Shown here: positions 25,225-38,390 of the stretch, one piece after another
Layout of the letters: each line of letters opens with the position of its first letter
How positions within the stretch are numbered: the stretch's first letter is position 1
Origin: Felis catus
Taxonomy: Eukaryota
NCBI RefSeq assembly: GCF_018350175.1
Contig: NC_058368.1
Location: forward strand, 87,236,001 to 87,300,000
Direction: 5' to 3'
Length of the DNA: 64,000 nucleotides
The notes under the pieces: model-generated
Database searches by the model: none
Told to the model about the DNA's origin: nothing
The model's input: only the letters and a program-made list of their open reading frames with translations
Made by a program: the position numbers and the translations under genes

Positions 25225-26350
25225 GAAAAACTATCAAGTAAAAATGATTATCACATTTTAGTTCACTCTTCTTCTAGCATATAGTATTTCCAAGACTACT
25301 AGGGAATGAAAAACACAAATAATGGCTTAGAAAATTCAAGACAACATATTTCAGAGAAACATTTGTTAACCTAAATGATCTTAATCCTCCTATTTCTTTT
25401 GCCTGACTGGGCTGGAAAACAGTGCTTTGATGGTTACATGTAATTATATCTCCAGTGACAAAATAAAGGAGTGAAATGGTAATTCAAACAATGTGAGTAA
25501 TTTAAAAAAAAAATAGGTTAAACAGGGCACTTTACTGACTTCAGTCTCCAGCTGTTGAACCTTTGTCACATTAGATGGTTTGGTCAACTTATGGGTTCCT
25601 TCTCAGAGACAAAATTAAGTCAGAAAGATAAGGCAGGACTCAAGGAATCAAGCTGTCTACACTTTGTACAGTGCAATAAGATTTCAAACAGCTTGGCTTG
25701 TGACACAGATCTCTCCCTGGGGTTATCATCACATCCACCCAGGCCATAGCACTCATTCCAATGGAGATGAGAAGGAAATTCCTCCAGCAACTGTCATCTG
25801 GGGGGGGGGGGGGCAACTCAGGCATAATCAAACCAGACTTCTTAATGGCTCCACTCCACAGCTGGAGGTCTGTTAGCAAAACTTAATGAGACCTTTTGTG
25901 CCAGGGACTCCTGTCTCAAAGGGCAGAATGAATATGATGTAGTTATTTTTATGTGACTTTTTCAGGGGAAAAATTTTATTATCTTAAAAATTTTATTATC
26001 TTAAAATAATGATTTCTGAGATCCTTCCTTCTGATTTGGGAGAAAACTATGCTAACCACCAATTGGTGTCATGAAAATTTGCTCTTCAGCTACCAGCTCC
26101 AGGATGTTGCTTCTACACCCAGAAAAGCCAACCAAACCCCAGGGATTCAGTCTAGGGTATTCTCTCTTCTCATTTCCAGTCAGATCCCCAGTCCTGAGAA
26201 TTCTATTCCTCTAACATCTCCAAAATCCAATTTCTCTGCTCTATCTTCACTGTCATTTTTTCCATTAAACTTTCATAACTACTCACTTGGATTACTGAAA
26301 TTCTTTTCCTCTTTTATTTTCTATGTCATAGTTTAAATTGCAACAAATCC

Positions 26351-26575
26351 CGGTGGCTCAGTCAGTTGAGCATCTGATTCTTAATTTTGGCTCAGGTCAC
26401 TATCCCAGGATCCTGGGATCCAGTCTCGTGTCACGCTCTGCACTGAGCATGGAGTCTGCTTGAGATTCTCTCTGTCTCCCTCTGCTCCTTCCATATATAA
26501 TATATATATTATATAATATATATTATATATATATTTTTAAAATTACATATATATGTAAATAAATAAAATAAATTG
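26351..26575 (+). mobile_element. Older CanSINE with AT-rich expansion
   Basis: ggtggctcagtcagttgagcatctgattctt...tgagattctctc, then (TA)-rich tract and aataaa. Confidence 0.82.
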
Positions 26576-28489
26576 TAACAAATGATATGCCTAAAATGTA
26601 CCCTTTTGATGTTACTCTCTTTCCTAAATATATTAATTTTCTTTCCATTGTAGAAAAAATAAAATCTAAGTTCCCCACTGAATATTAGGTGAGAGTATTT
26701 AAAGACCTGGTTCTTGCCCACACCTCCATATTTACCCACCACCATTCCCTTAGGGATCCTGTATCCAAATACTTCAAACTACTGAGCTCAGGACACTTTC
26801 CATCCTCCTCTTGTTTTAGTACATATTTTTTGTTCTTTACTTGTAGCACCTCCTTTTCATTGTTTTACTTTCCACCTTATTCATCTTTCAAATGCAAAAC
26901 AGCCATCATCTCCTGCGGAAAACCAAACTTTAACATCACTTGATTAGTGATGTGCCCACCCAATTCATCCTGCAGTACATTACCTATATCAGATTGAACT
27001 GTCCTTTTCTTTGTGTTTCATATTTGTATCCTCACTATCCTAGGATCATGTGTGACATGTGCTAGATATTCAGTAAATACTTGCTGGTTGAATAAGAAAA
27101 ACTTGAAAAGGCCAAATGACTAAATAAATGAATAACTATTAGTCATTATTAATATCTCCAATTACTTTCTCAAAGCCAGAGTTTTGGCACATCAGATATA
27201 GGATCACATAAATATTTACAATGAATAAAAGTTTCACATTATAAAATGGCAGTTTATAATAAACCTTGTTTGTGCTTTATTTACCATTCTTTCCTCTTAT
27301 CCAAAAATCAACATAGTCTACAAAAGATTTATTATGCATTTATCACTGTGGCAAGTATCCTTTTGGGAGAAATAGTAGAAAAATGCATTGCTCCTACCTG
27401 CAAAGACACTATAATTCATTTAAATTCCTAATTATTTTAAATGACTGTCAAGTTGATTTCTGCATATCTACATGTGACTAAAAGGCTGCCCCATATGCAA
27501 ATTCTACTGAAATCTGATGCTTTTCTTCTTCTAAAGGTAACATTAAGGTCAAATCCATCAGCCTTGTTTTCAATAATCACAGGGTATTTGGAATTCTATT
27601 TTCTTCACACCCCCTGCCAAAACAAATTCACATCAAGAGGGCAGGGGGCCATGCTTAGAGATGTAAAAGATTCATGTTTTCTTGTGAGAGGATACCACAA
27701 GCAGGAAGAATAGTGGCTTCAGTGAAAATATGGCTCAAGCTGGTAGGCATTGATTAAATATCTTTGATTTGAGAAGAATGAGATGTTGTCAGTGTTGAAA
27801 AGCTAACTGTAAGCCTTCCAGGAATTTTCAAATTTGTCAAGGTATAAGCTGCAGTGAAGGTTTAGTATTGGTAATAGAATCCCAAATTTGATTGTGTGCC
27901 TGCATTAGAAACACCAACAAAGCTTTGTTATTAAAAATTAAATATTAGAGATGAGTTTCGAGAGATTCTTATTTATGAGTCTGAAGGACAAGATTAATAT
28001 GGGTTTTGCATCAACTGGAGGAGTTGTGAAGGCAACAAACCTCTATCAGGCCCAGTAAAACAGACTGCCAAATACGAAGGCAAAGGCAAAAGAATAAGGA
28101 CAGCACCATTGCCCCACTGCCCCTAATCCACAAACACCCTCTCCTTCTCTCTCACACTCTGTCCCTGACCTGCATGCCCAGGAGAGCACAATACAGCCTT
28201 AACCAGCCTCAAGAACATCACTGGGGCAACATCTGGTTTCCTCAGGCTTTGATGCAAATGAGTTGGTGATAAATTTCCTTAATGGAGTGACTTCAGAACA
28301 GAAAAATAAGATAGAACTGTTTGGTTATTTTAATCTGAGATGTTAAGAAATGGAGGGTTGTATCAATGGACAAGCTTTGCCTCCCTAACCTACTTCTATC
28401 CTTCTCACATCTCATGTTCTTGGTCTTGAATCACTGAAGTCTGACTCAGAATCACTTGGCAATGTCAATACCAATCCAGGAAACAGGAA

Positions 28490-28660
28490 TTCAACCCCAA
28501 ATCAAGCCTCTTACAATAAAACCTCTTAGACTCAGCTTTCTTATCAAAAGAATATTAATAGTGTTTACTTCACAGTGTTATTGTAAATATTAGCTCTGAT
28601 AAAATAGGAAAACTGCTTACCATAGTGTCATAGACAATATTCAATAAATTCTACTTGTTA
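28490..28660 (+). mobile_element. MIR fragment
   Basis: aacctcttagactcagctttcttatc...acttcacagtgttattgtaaatatt...tattcaataaat resembles the MIR core and 3' end. Confidence 0.55.
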
Positions 28661-28897
28661 TTATCTTCTAAACATTAAACTACTAAATAATATAAATAAG
28701 AATAAGGGGTAAAAAGTCATCATAGAAGGACAGCTTCCAAAGAAATATTTTCCTAACTTGAGTGACAGGATTTGAAACTCCAAAGAGATTACTGTGTCAA
28801 AAGAGATAAAGGAGAATCATAATGGCAAGAGTTGATTTTACTATTCAAGCTCTAAGTTGAGACGTTTGTTTGAATCTTTTTGTTTTTATTAAAAGCA

Positions 28898-29290
28898 GGT
28901 CAGACAGAGAAAGACAAATATACAATTTCACCTCTATGTGGAATCTAAAAAGCAAAACAAATGAACACACAAACAAAACAGAAACAGACTCATAAACACA
29001 GAGAACAAAATGGTGGTTGCTAGAGGGGGAGAGGGCTGGGAGGATGGCTAAAATATGTGAAGGGGGTTAAGAGGTACAGACTTCCAGTTATAAAGTAAAT
29101 AAGTCATGAGGATAAAAAGTACACTACAGGGAACATAGTCAATAATATTGTAATAACATTGTATGGTGACAGATGGTAGCTACACTTATGGTGAACACTG
29201 CATAATGTATACAATTGTCAAATTACTATGTTGTATGCATGAAACTAATATAACATTGTTTGTCAAGTGTACTGCCATACAAAAGAGAAA
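28898..29290 (+). mobile_element. LINE-1 3'UTR fragment (L1MA-like)
   Basis: gtcagacagagaaagacaaata...gaggtacagacttccagttata...tgtatggtgacagatggta. Confidence 0.88.
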
Positions 29291-29809
29291 AATAAACAAA
29301 GGAAACACTTAGTCAAGCTAATTCATATAAAAGCAAGTGGATGTTACCATAAAAATATGAGTGATCTCACAGGAATTTAAGGCAGGGATCAAAGGACAAC
29401 CAGACTTTTTCATGAGAAAAGGAGATTGAAGAAAGACACAAAATCTTTCTGTCTTCTCCCTTCCCCTGCCCCACTGGTCAACCTCCTTTCTTTACTCCAC
29501 TGGCTTAATTACCCATGTACTTTACTGTCTTATGCATATCCCATCCAGCCAACCACACTCTGATCTCTAACCAGCCTTTTTCTATGTGACGATGTGCCTG
29601 CTTCTGGTCTTACCTGCTGTCTTAATTCCTCACATAATCAGGTCTAAATTTATGAGAAAATAAAATTAATTAATTAATTAATTAATAGGAAAATAATCAG
29701 ATTGGTTTAAGATCAGCTCATTTTTCAACCCACATCACACCTGTAAGAGGCTGCTAACTAGGAGGTCATCATATGAAACTTGAGCCATATTCTTTTTTGG
29801 AGTTTCTAG

Positions 29810-30020
29810 TAAAGCATGGATGTATCCCAAGGACAAGAGTATGGACTCCGGAGCCAAATGCTCTGGGATCAGATCCTGGGTCCAGCATTTGTGAGTTGTG
29901 TGACCTATGTTGAGTCACAGAACCTCTCTGTTCCTTCATCTGTTCACAGGGTAGTTTTAAGGATCCAAATGAGTAATACGGAGCAAATGTTTATGAGTGC
30001 CTGACACACATAGGCAAGTG
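29810..30020 (+). mobile_element. MIR
   Basis: aagagtatggactccggagcca...tgtgtgacc...aacctctctg...gtgcctgacaca. Confidence 0.7.
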
Positions 30021-31386
30021 TTAGACATTGTCTTTTTTAGCAGATATTGATATCATGAAGCATTCATTTTAAATTGAATTCCCATTATTTGCTTTACATG
30101 TTGCCCCAGCCACTTTCTGATGACTTTGCTTTCCCATGTACCCACACAGCAGGGATAAAATCTACTGTTCAGAGGCTAGAAGGAATGGTATAATTAAAAG
30201 AAAGTTTTCTGTTATCATTATGTAGCACAGTGCCCTCCTGGTGTAATATACAAGACTCTAATGAAGTTGGTTCAAGTGAGTCTGCATCTCTGAGCCTGCT
30301 CAGCTAGGGGACACTGTGTCTGAAGAGTAATTATGCAAGGTAGGATCTCAGCTTTTAAATTGCAGCACATCCCCATGCAAATCCAAATGTGGTGTATACG
30401 CTGGCCCCAGGTGAATATTCCTCCAGTGAAATTTTATCTTACTTGTATTGTTTTTTTTACATAAAACCTTTGTTTTCATGACTTAAGGTCAATTACTCCA
30501 CCTATAACACCATAAACAAACTCTCTGAGATTGAAATATCAATTTCCATATGATGCTACTTTTTTTTTGTTTTGTTTTTCCAAATATTTTTACAGATCAC
30601 CGAAATTCCACAACTTCTAGCTGCTCTAACTCAGCTCTATGGCCAAATCTTTATCACTATTCCACCTCCTCTCTTCTTTACTTTATTCTTTCTTATATCA
30701 TATTTTATTACATTAACTACACATGTATAGTACTTTAGTCCAATTTATTTCCATTTGATGAAATTTGGAGGAGCATCTCTGAGTCAGATTCCTAAGTCCC
30801 TAAATCACTGGCCATTTCATGGATGGGTTGATTCCCCACTCCATCTCCTGAAACTCCTTTTCACCATTAACTGTATATAGGGGTAAGGTTTGGTTGAAGC
30901 AAAATTTGCCCACTGCTGCAGTGTCAATGCTAGGACAATTGTCATGGATCTTAGTGGCAGTGTATCTGAGGAGGTATGACTGGATGAGCATCCTATAACC
31001 AGATTAATTCCTTTGATTTCCTTACAGTTTCCAAAATATATGGGTGTTTAGTAAATGCTTGTTTACTTGACCCATTGAAAATTTATCACAGAAATAGCAT
31101 AGCTACAGAAAGTTTTAGGTGAAGGAATAAAACCACTTGGGAAATGATGACCCAGACTGTGGCCAGTGCCCTGCTCCAGATCAGCAGGAAATAAACTCAT
31201 TACATGTTTGTGGATGCTTTGGTAGTGGTTTTCATGTCACAGAGTCTCACCAAAGAGAATAAGGATAAAGAAAATGACTGGCATTTGGGCCAATAAATAA
31301 AATTCCTTCAATCTTTTATTTCCAGGATAATGCCAGCTGGTTGATTTCTTGAGCTTAAAATGGAAACTTTTAAAATGTTTATTTTT

Positions 31387-31600
31387 GGGAAGCCTGGGTG
31401 ACTCAGTTGGTTAAGTGTCCAACTTCAGCTCAGGTCAAGATCTTGTGGTCTGTGAGTGGGAACCCCATGTCAGGCTCTGTGTTGACAGCTCAGAGCCTGG
31501 AACATGCTTCAGATTCTGTGTCTCCCTCTCTCTGCCTCTCCCGAACTCATGTTCTGTCTCTCTCTGTCCCTCAAAAATGAATAAAATGTTTAAAAAATTT
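31387..31600 (+). mobile_element. CanSINE
   Basis: Typical head, CT tract and tail. Confidence 0.9.
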
Positions 31601-32065
31601 TATTGTTTATTTTAATCAAAAGAAAGGCCACATTTGGCTACCAAACAGTCCAAAATTTAACTGCATAGAGCCTATAATCACAAAAGGCAACTGATGAAAT
31701 GGACAACTCAATGGGAAATGAGAATATTTGACAGAAACTGAGCTGTATCTTGCATACTCACTTGTCTTGTAACTTTAAGCAACTCTTCAAGCTTTCCTGT
31801 GTTTTTTCACATCATTTGCAAATGGAGTTAAAAAAAATCTGCTTCTATATGTCTTGGGTTCATTTTTATAATACAGAAGGATGATAGAAACAAATGAATT
31901 GAATGTTATTCTTAATATATCCAAAATATCTCACTGAATGACTTTGAAACAATTTTTCCATTTCCATCCCGACATATTGTCATAGTCTGTGGACCCACTC
32001 TTCTTCCAGCCTGAATTTGTATTATCTACTAACAATGAACCAGCATACTTACCCTGAGTCTCCAC

Positions 32066-32067
<2 letters not shown>

Positions 32068-32103
<36 letters not shown>
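32068..32103. repeat. (CA)n microsatellite
   Basis: Direct inspection. Confidence 0.95.
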
Positions 32104-32104
<1 letters not shown>

Positions 32105-32190
32105 ACATTTATACTAGGATGCTAAAGTATTCATGAAAACCCTCTGAGAGTTTTTAAGGGAACTTTTTTACTTAATATAAAAGAAGTATT

Positions 32191-32405
32191 GGGGCGCCTG
32201 GGTGGCTCGGTCAGTTAAGCGTCCGACTTCGGCTCAGGTCATGATCTCACGGTCTGTGAGTTCGAGCCCCGCGTCAGGCTTTGTGCTGACAGCTCAGAGC
32301 CTGGAGCCTGTTTCAGATTCTGTGTCTCCCTCTCTCTGACCCTCCCCCGTTCATGCTCTGTCTCTCTCTGTCTCAAAAATAAATAAACGTTAAAAAAAAT
32401 TTAAA
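32191..32405 (+). mobile_element. CanSINE, young
   Basis: Near-consensus body; aaaagaagta duplicated on both flanks. Confidence 0.95.
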
Positions 32406-32619
32406 AAAAGAAGTAATTGAAGGGCATTTCTTATACCTAGGATTTCTTATGCCTAGGAGAAAGCATTTTTCACCTTGCAGGTATTCAGTGGGAAAATACT
32501 AAAGTCAATTATTATTAAAACCTAGATCTAAATAACGAAATTAAATCTATTTCAAAAGGAATAGACTGGTAATTTCTGTGGTGCATGGAAAGAAAAGAAA
32601 CATTATTGAGGAAACACCT

Positions 32620-32780
32620 CATACTTGACATTTCTTACCTCATTTAATCTCTACTACAACCTTGTAAAATGAGGGTATTTACACCCATAGTACAGATAAA
32701 AATGGCTAGACTCCAAGAGATAACTGGTAAGAGGATAAATCAATTCCAAACCCAGATATGGGTGATATCTCCCAGGCTTT
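32620..32780 (-). mobile_element. MIR fragment
   Basis: catttaatctc..caacc...cccatagtacagat...attccaaacccag. Confidence 0.6.
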
Positions 32781-32884
32781 GTTTGCAGCATGATTCACAT
32801 CCAGCAAAGGTGGGCATGTATTCAGCACACTCTAGGATGATTTGTAGTTGATGTAAGGAGTTGGATTGAAATTATTTCTAAAAC

Positions 32885-33050
32885 CATGATTTCCAAATCT
32901 GACTGTCATTGGTGATACATAGAGAATGTCTTAAAAACAGAGATGCCTCCAGCCCATGCCTGGTGTTTGTGATGCAATAAATCTAGGAGATTACTTAGAA
33001 ATGTGTATCTTTAGAGTTCTGATGCAAAACCAAGTTTTCAAACTATTGTT
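32885..33050. mobile_element. MER5A-like (hAT-Charlie) DNA transposon remnant
   Basis: ttaaaaacagagatgcc...ttctgatgca..ccaagttttcaaactattg resembles the MER5A ends. Confidence 0.55.
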
Positions 33051-33314
33051 CTTAGCAAATTCCAATACAATAACTTCGGCCATCAAACATTGTTTTGTGG
33101 GGGGCAGTGGTAACTAATCTGAAATAAGTTCTGTTTAATAAGAAATATGTGTAGCTGATTATAGCAATCTGCCAATGAAACAAAAGTCATTCATCTTATT
33201 CCAATGTGTTTCATTTGCTATGTTCTTTCCAAAGACTCAGACTCCCAACTTGAGACAACTATCTTGTAAATGCTGTGGCTTTAAGAGAAGATCTAAGAAA
33301 AGGTACAAACAACC

Positions 33315-33660
33315 CATTATAGAGATTATAATGCTAAGTGCAATAAGTTAAAGACAAATACCATATGATTTCACTTATATGTGAAATCTAAGCAACATAA
33401 CAAATAAGCAGAAGGGACGAGAGAGAGAGGCAAACCAAGAAACAGATGCTTAATTATAGAGAACAAAGTGATGGTTCCCAGAGGGGAATGTTAGGGGCGG
33501 GGAATGGGCTAAATAGGTAATGGGGATCAAGGAAGGCACTTGTTGTGATGAGCACCTGGTGTTGTATGTAAGTATTAAATCACTATATTATACACCTGAA
33601 ACTAATATTATACTATATATTAAGTAATGAACTAAAATAAAATCTTAAAAAGTCAAAAAA
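33315..33660 (+). mobile_element. LINE-1 3'UTR fragment
   Basis: ataatgctaagtg...aaagacaaataccatatgatttcactt...tacacctgaaactaatatt, then A tail. Confidence 0.88.
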
Positions 33661-34121
33661 ATGAAAACAGGAAACTCCTCACTTAAGAAGAAACAACCAA
33701 CATCTCGGGCAGAGTACTCTGATTTAACTGATGTTGTCTTGCTCATCTCTGAGAAACTACCACAGTCATAAATAAAGGAGCTTCAAGAGGAGACCACTGG
33801 TGTTGCCTCATTTTTATTTGACATCTCATGACATAATCTGCACACTCTGTGCTTTGAATTAGTGCTACAGGTCCCCTTCAGTTGTGGAAGAAGCCCAAAG
33901 ATGGATAGAAGGCAAGTATATTGGAGATTTCCTGAAGTAGACACCTTTAAACAGAAGGAAACCATTTCATATCCAGAGAGCTGGGGATGGGGTCACACTC
34001 AAATCATCATGCCCAGCTGCATTCACTTAACTCTTTGAATATTAGTTCACCACATTGTCTCATACATATCTAAGAGAGCAGCTCCAGAACATCATCTATA
34101 TTACCCCTGCATTCCTCTTTC

Positions 34122-35066
34122 TTAGGTTTCCCTGTCCTCCTTCTCTCCCTTCAGGAGCTTTCTCATTGCTCCCTTTACATCTTTGTTCCTCAGAGTATAG
34201 ATAAGGGGGTTGACACTGGGAGTGACGATGGTGTAGAAGAGGGTGAGGAACTTGCCTTGGTCTTGGGAGTAGCTATTGGCTGGCTGCAGGTACATGTAGA
34301 TGATGGTTCCATAGAAAAGAGAGACCACCGTTAGGTGAGAAGAGCAGGTATTGAAAGCTTTCTTGCACCCTGCTGCTGATTTGATCCTAAGCACAGTGGC
34401 AGAAATCATGCCATAGGAGATGAGGATCAGGGAGAGGGGCACCAGGAGAAGGGCAACACCCAGGACAAAGGCAAATGCTTCCACCAACATGGTGTCTTCA
34501 CAAGACATGGCAATAAGAGCAGGCATCTCACACAGAAAGTGGTCCACTTTGTGGCGCCCACATCGGGAGAGTTGCATTGTCTGGGGACACATGACAAAGG
34601 AATTTAGAAAGCCACAGAACCAGGACACAATCACCAATTGCAGGCAGAGATGTGGGTGCATGACCACAGTGTAGTGCAGGGGCCGGCAGACGGCCACGTA
34701 GCGGTCATAAGACATGACAGCCAGGAGAACACACTCGGTTGAGCCCAACACCATGTAGATATAGAGCTGGGCCACACAGCCTTGGTAGGTGATGGTCTTC
34801 TCTGGACCCCAAAGGTTCCACAGCAGCTGGGGAGCAATGCTGGTTGTAAAGCAGAGGTCCAAGAAAGAAAGGTTCCCAAGAAAGAAGTACATGGGAGTGT
34901 GGAGCCTGGTGTCCATGACTGATAAGAAAATGATGGCACTATTGCCCACAAGGGCCAAGATGTAGAAGACCAAGACAAAAGCAAAGAGAATTACCTCCAG
35001 TTGAGGTCGATCAGAAAAGCCCACCAAGATGAATGCTTGTTGGTAACTGTCATTGTCTCTTCCCAT
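34122..35066 (-). CDS. OR2W5: Olfactory receptor family 2 subfamily W, OR2W5-like, intact, 314 aa from MGRDNDS
   Basis: All canonical OR motifs present (NDS, LHTPMYFFL, MSYDRYVAVCRPLHY, HFLCE, KAFNTCSSHL, PSVNPLIYTLRNKDVKGA). Segments SIAPQLLWNL, CPQTMQLSRCG and IAMSCEDTMLVEA match my recollection of human OR2W5. The symbol is less certain than the OR call. Confidence 0.93.
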   Translation of the reverse strand: MGRDNDSYQQAFILVGFSDRPQLEVILFAFVLVFYILALVGNSAIIFLSVMDTRLHTPMYFFLGNLSFLDLCFTTSIAPQLLWNLWGPEKTITYQGCVAQLYIYMVLGSTECVLLAVMSYDRYVAVCRPLHYTVVMHPHLCLQLVIVSWFCGFLNSFVMCPQTMQLSRCGRHKVDHFLCEMPALIAMSCEDTMLVEAFAFVLGVALLLVPLSLILISYGMISATVLRIKSAAGCKKAFNTCSSHLTVVSLFYGTIIYMYLQPANSYSQDQGKFLTLFYTIVTPSVNPLIYTLRNKDVKGAMRKLLKGEKEDRET

Positions 35067-35080
35067 AATCTTCACCAGCT

Positions 35081-35105
35081 CTATGGAAACACACAAGAAA
35101 GTATT
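35081..35105 (-). other. Putative 3' splice acceptor of the OR2W5-like coding exon
   Basis: Minus strand reads ctttcttgtgtgtttccatag|AGCTGGTGAAGATT-ATG, with a pyrimidine tract 14 nt upstream of the ATG. Confidence 0.75.
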
Positions 35106-38059
35106 GGATAAGATAGCAAATGGAGACTGTGCCCAGCACTCTCCAACTTCCATGTGTAGATCCATGAAGTTAGGAGACTCATTTGCCCTTTAACATTTTT
35201 TTATCATATACTTATTGATAGCTATTGTATGCAAAGCAGTATGTCTGATTATCCTGGAGAGTAGATGGATTAACTCAGAAGTTGCCCTCCTTGGTGAATA
35301 ATGTTTGTAAATAATGAGAAGAGAGAAGGTAAAAGTTCTCTAAAAGATTTGTTAAAAAGCTCAGTGTTTTGCAAATTATTCCCAATTGATCAGGGAAGCC
35401 CCTATAGCAGAGTTTATATTATAGGACACAGTTGTGCCTGAGAGGTTTTGTTTTATTTTGTTTTGGTTTGGCTTGGTTTGGTTTGGTTGTTTTTCAAATA
35501 ACAAATAATAATTTTACATGATGTATATTAAGCAAAATATGTTTCGAGTAGAGAAAGTAGTACATGCACAGACACATAGAACCAAACTCACAGATGATGT
35601 TCAGGAAATTCACAAATATACATGTCAGGCAATTCCTTAACAACATGTAATTTTATTGAGATTAAACACAGTAACTTTTGACATTCACTATAAGAAAGAG
35701 CTGAGATGGTAGAATGGGTTCTGCCTCTGTTCAAGGCACATCTACTAATGTGTGTCCTAATTTCCAGTTTCTCTCTCCATACCTTGGCTTTTCCTTGTAT
35801 AAGCTAGAAAGGAGGTTACAATCCTCTCAAATCCCAACCCAGACCTCACATATGTATGGGACTGGTGGCATCAGCAATGTGCCCTGAACATTTTTAGTTT
35901 TTCATGGTTTCCACAGTTCATGCCAAGGGCTTTGATGGGGCTCAGCCTTATAGCACTAGAGTATACCTAGGCTTGTGTCAGCCGTGGTAAAGCAAATGGT
36001 AATAACCAGTAAGAAATGGCTTTATGCAACATGAAAGGAAGCAGCGGAACACTTTGAACTATGTGTATCTCTGTGTGGCTGCAGTTAGCATCTGTCTAGC
36101 TTAACAGTGAAGAAGTTATGAACTCTCTCTAGCTGGGCCTGCAAGCAGGAGTTCTGTGAGTTCCAGGCATAGGACCCTCTTGTAAAAACCCATGAAGAGA
36201 CAAAAAGGGGCAGAGAATTATTAGAAGCAGCCAACTGAAAACCCAAGACTGTGTGATCTCAGTAGGTCAACTAAGTACTCAAAGAGAGACATTCCCACAC
36301 ACACTTTGCTGATGCTGGTTGAGAAGAACAACTTGCACTTTTGTATCCATAAACCTGTCATAAGCTTTCATCCAAGTTCAAGAGATTGCATAAAGGGATC
36401 CCAGAGAGGTAAGGAGAAACTTAACCACAAATTGCTTAACAACATACATCACTTAGGACCTGACTCCTCAACCAAAAATGGGAAGTTACCACACTGATTT
36501 CTTTATGATATAACTATTCTAAGTGACATTTCTCAATGTGCTATTCCTTCATTCGAAGGTAATCTGATGTTCATTGTTATGTGAAACATCCACAAGCTCA
36601 CCAAACAAATATTTCAGGTATAAATTGCCATAGTTGGTTTTTTCATGTGTTTTAGCTCATATCCTTAGTCTGAACCATAAAATTGCAAGGAATGGGGCTG
36701 AAGGAAATAGAAATTGAAAAGTAATACAGTTACTCAAATACCTGTAGTAGTTTAGTTAGCACATAACGTTACAAACATGTACTAATTTTAAAAACTTTGG
36801 CCTAAGGATCTGAAATTGGATTGATGCATTGGGCTCGATTCTCTGACGGGATCTGCACCAATCCACAAAGGAGAACCTGGAAAATGATATTTTGTGCCTA
36901 CTGAATGGGACTAAAGAATGCCAAGCCGTAAAACTATTTTTTGTCTGTTTTAGAAAGACAGTACATCCTAAAAGCCACCACTCTTTCCACATTTATATTA
37001 GGTTAGATGTTTCACAGAGCTTTTCCACCTACAGTTATAGGCCATTCTCACAGCAGCCCTGCTAGATGAACAGACCCAACAATAGGATTTCGGTTTAGAG
37101 ATGAACAACCTCAGTGACAGAAGGGTCCAAAAGTAGACAATGTTTGCATGACAGCTTTATATCAAAGCAAGGTCCACAATGCCAGCCCCACCCTTTAGCT
37201 CAAACTTCCATTCATTCTTCATTTGTCCTGCTCCTATGTATTTAAACTTGTTTAAAGTTGGCTATTTCCTACTGCTTCTCTCAATAATCTGCACATAAAG
37301 GTTTAACAATGAAATCTATCATTATGGAGAAAAGCTGTGATCATTCTCAACATTGCCAGGGAAGCCTTGCAACACTTGATTTGTCTCTGTCCCAAATGAA
37401 ACTAAACATAGAGATTTTCTGTTCAAAGTGGCTCTCATTTCATTGAAGAACTCAGAAGGATGATTTGATGTGTTTGCATTAAGGTCAGGAAATGCCTTTG
37501 GGTCGGCCCAGCTAGGAATGCAGAAGAAGTAGAACATAGTCTCTCCTAATCTGTCTGTCATATATTTACTCTTTTTAGAATTGGGTGTATTCAACCTTTT
37601 CTGAACAGAATGCAAACTGGAGTTAATGTGAAAAGTGGCATTGAGAAAACTCTTACACAGGTGCCCTAACAGATATAAATCTTAATAGAGTAATCACACA
37701 TTAGAATTATATATTCACATACAAGGGACCAAAGATACAGAAATAAAACTCATTGCTACAACTAAGCTCCTATCCACTTCCTCACTCTTGTTTCTCCCAG
37801 AAAGTGGAAGACCTACTATTATGTCAACCCTCCTTACTTCAATTCCAGAGATCAACCAGGAGTTTTCTCAGGGAGAAAGAAGGCAACTAACTCTGGTCCC
37901 TTTTAATTTCTGGATCTTCCAGGAGAAATTCCAACAGAAACTGATGGGGAAGTGAGCACCAAAATACAGTCTGCCCCATCGAAATGTTAATGAACGTTTA
38001 AGTAGCACAGTTTTGAAATTAACTACGGGCTAACATTCTCAGGACCAGCCTGAGGTAGC

Positions 38060-38390
38060 ATCTCCTCTGCAATTAGAGGATAGAGTGGCATAGTGCCACA
38101 TTTCAAATCAGCATATTCTATCTCACACACATATATACAGGTACCCTAGGGTTATGGAGATGACAGATGACCCCGAGGGACAGAGGGAAGTGCACCTATT
38201 TCCAAGAGCTTTAAAGAATTTACATAAATGTCATTTTATTGGTGCATACCAAGGGCATTTAATATTCTGTCACCTTGGGAATTTGGAAAAGTCTGGGGGC
38301 CTGGGGACAGATACCAGTTTGTTTACAGAGCTAGGACTTTAGGGACTGGTGTTCTCATTCAAAGGTTGGCTCAGTCCCCCAGGTATAAAG
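38060..38390 (-). promoter_or_regulatory. Candidate OR2W5-like promoter: O/E (EBF)-like cluster plus homeodomain site
   Basis: caattag 38070-38076; accctagggt 38143-38152; ccccgaggga 38171-38180; caccttggga 38271-38280; ggcctgggga ~38298-38308. Confidence 0.45.

Noticed and set aside
25970..26003. Short tandem duplications (17 bp x2 here; 16 bp x2 at ~32427-32458)
   Set aside because: Ordinary slippage duplications with two units and no spacers; not CRISPR-like or an array.
35067..35165. 33-aa N-terminal extension of the OR2W5-like ORF (347 aa in the ORF track)
   Set aside because: The extension runs through a pyrimidine tract and TAG acceptor at 35081, so it is most likely intron that happens to be in frame.
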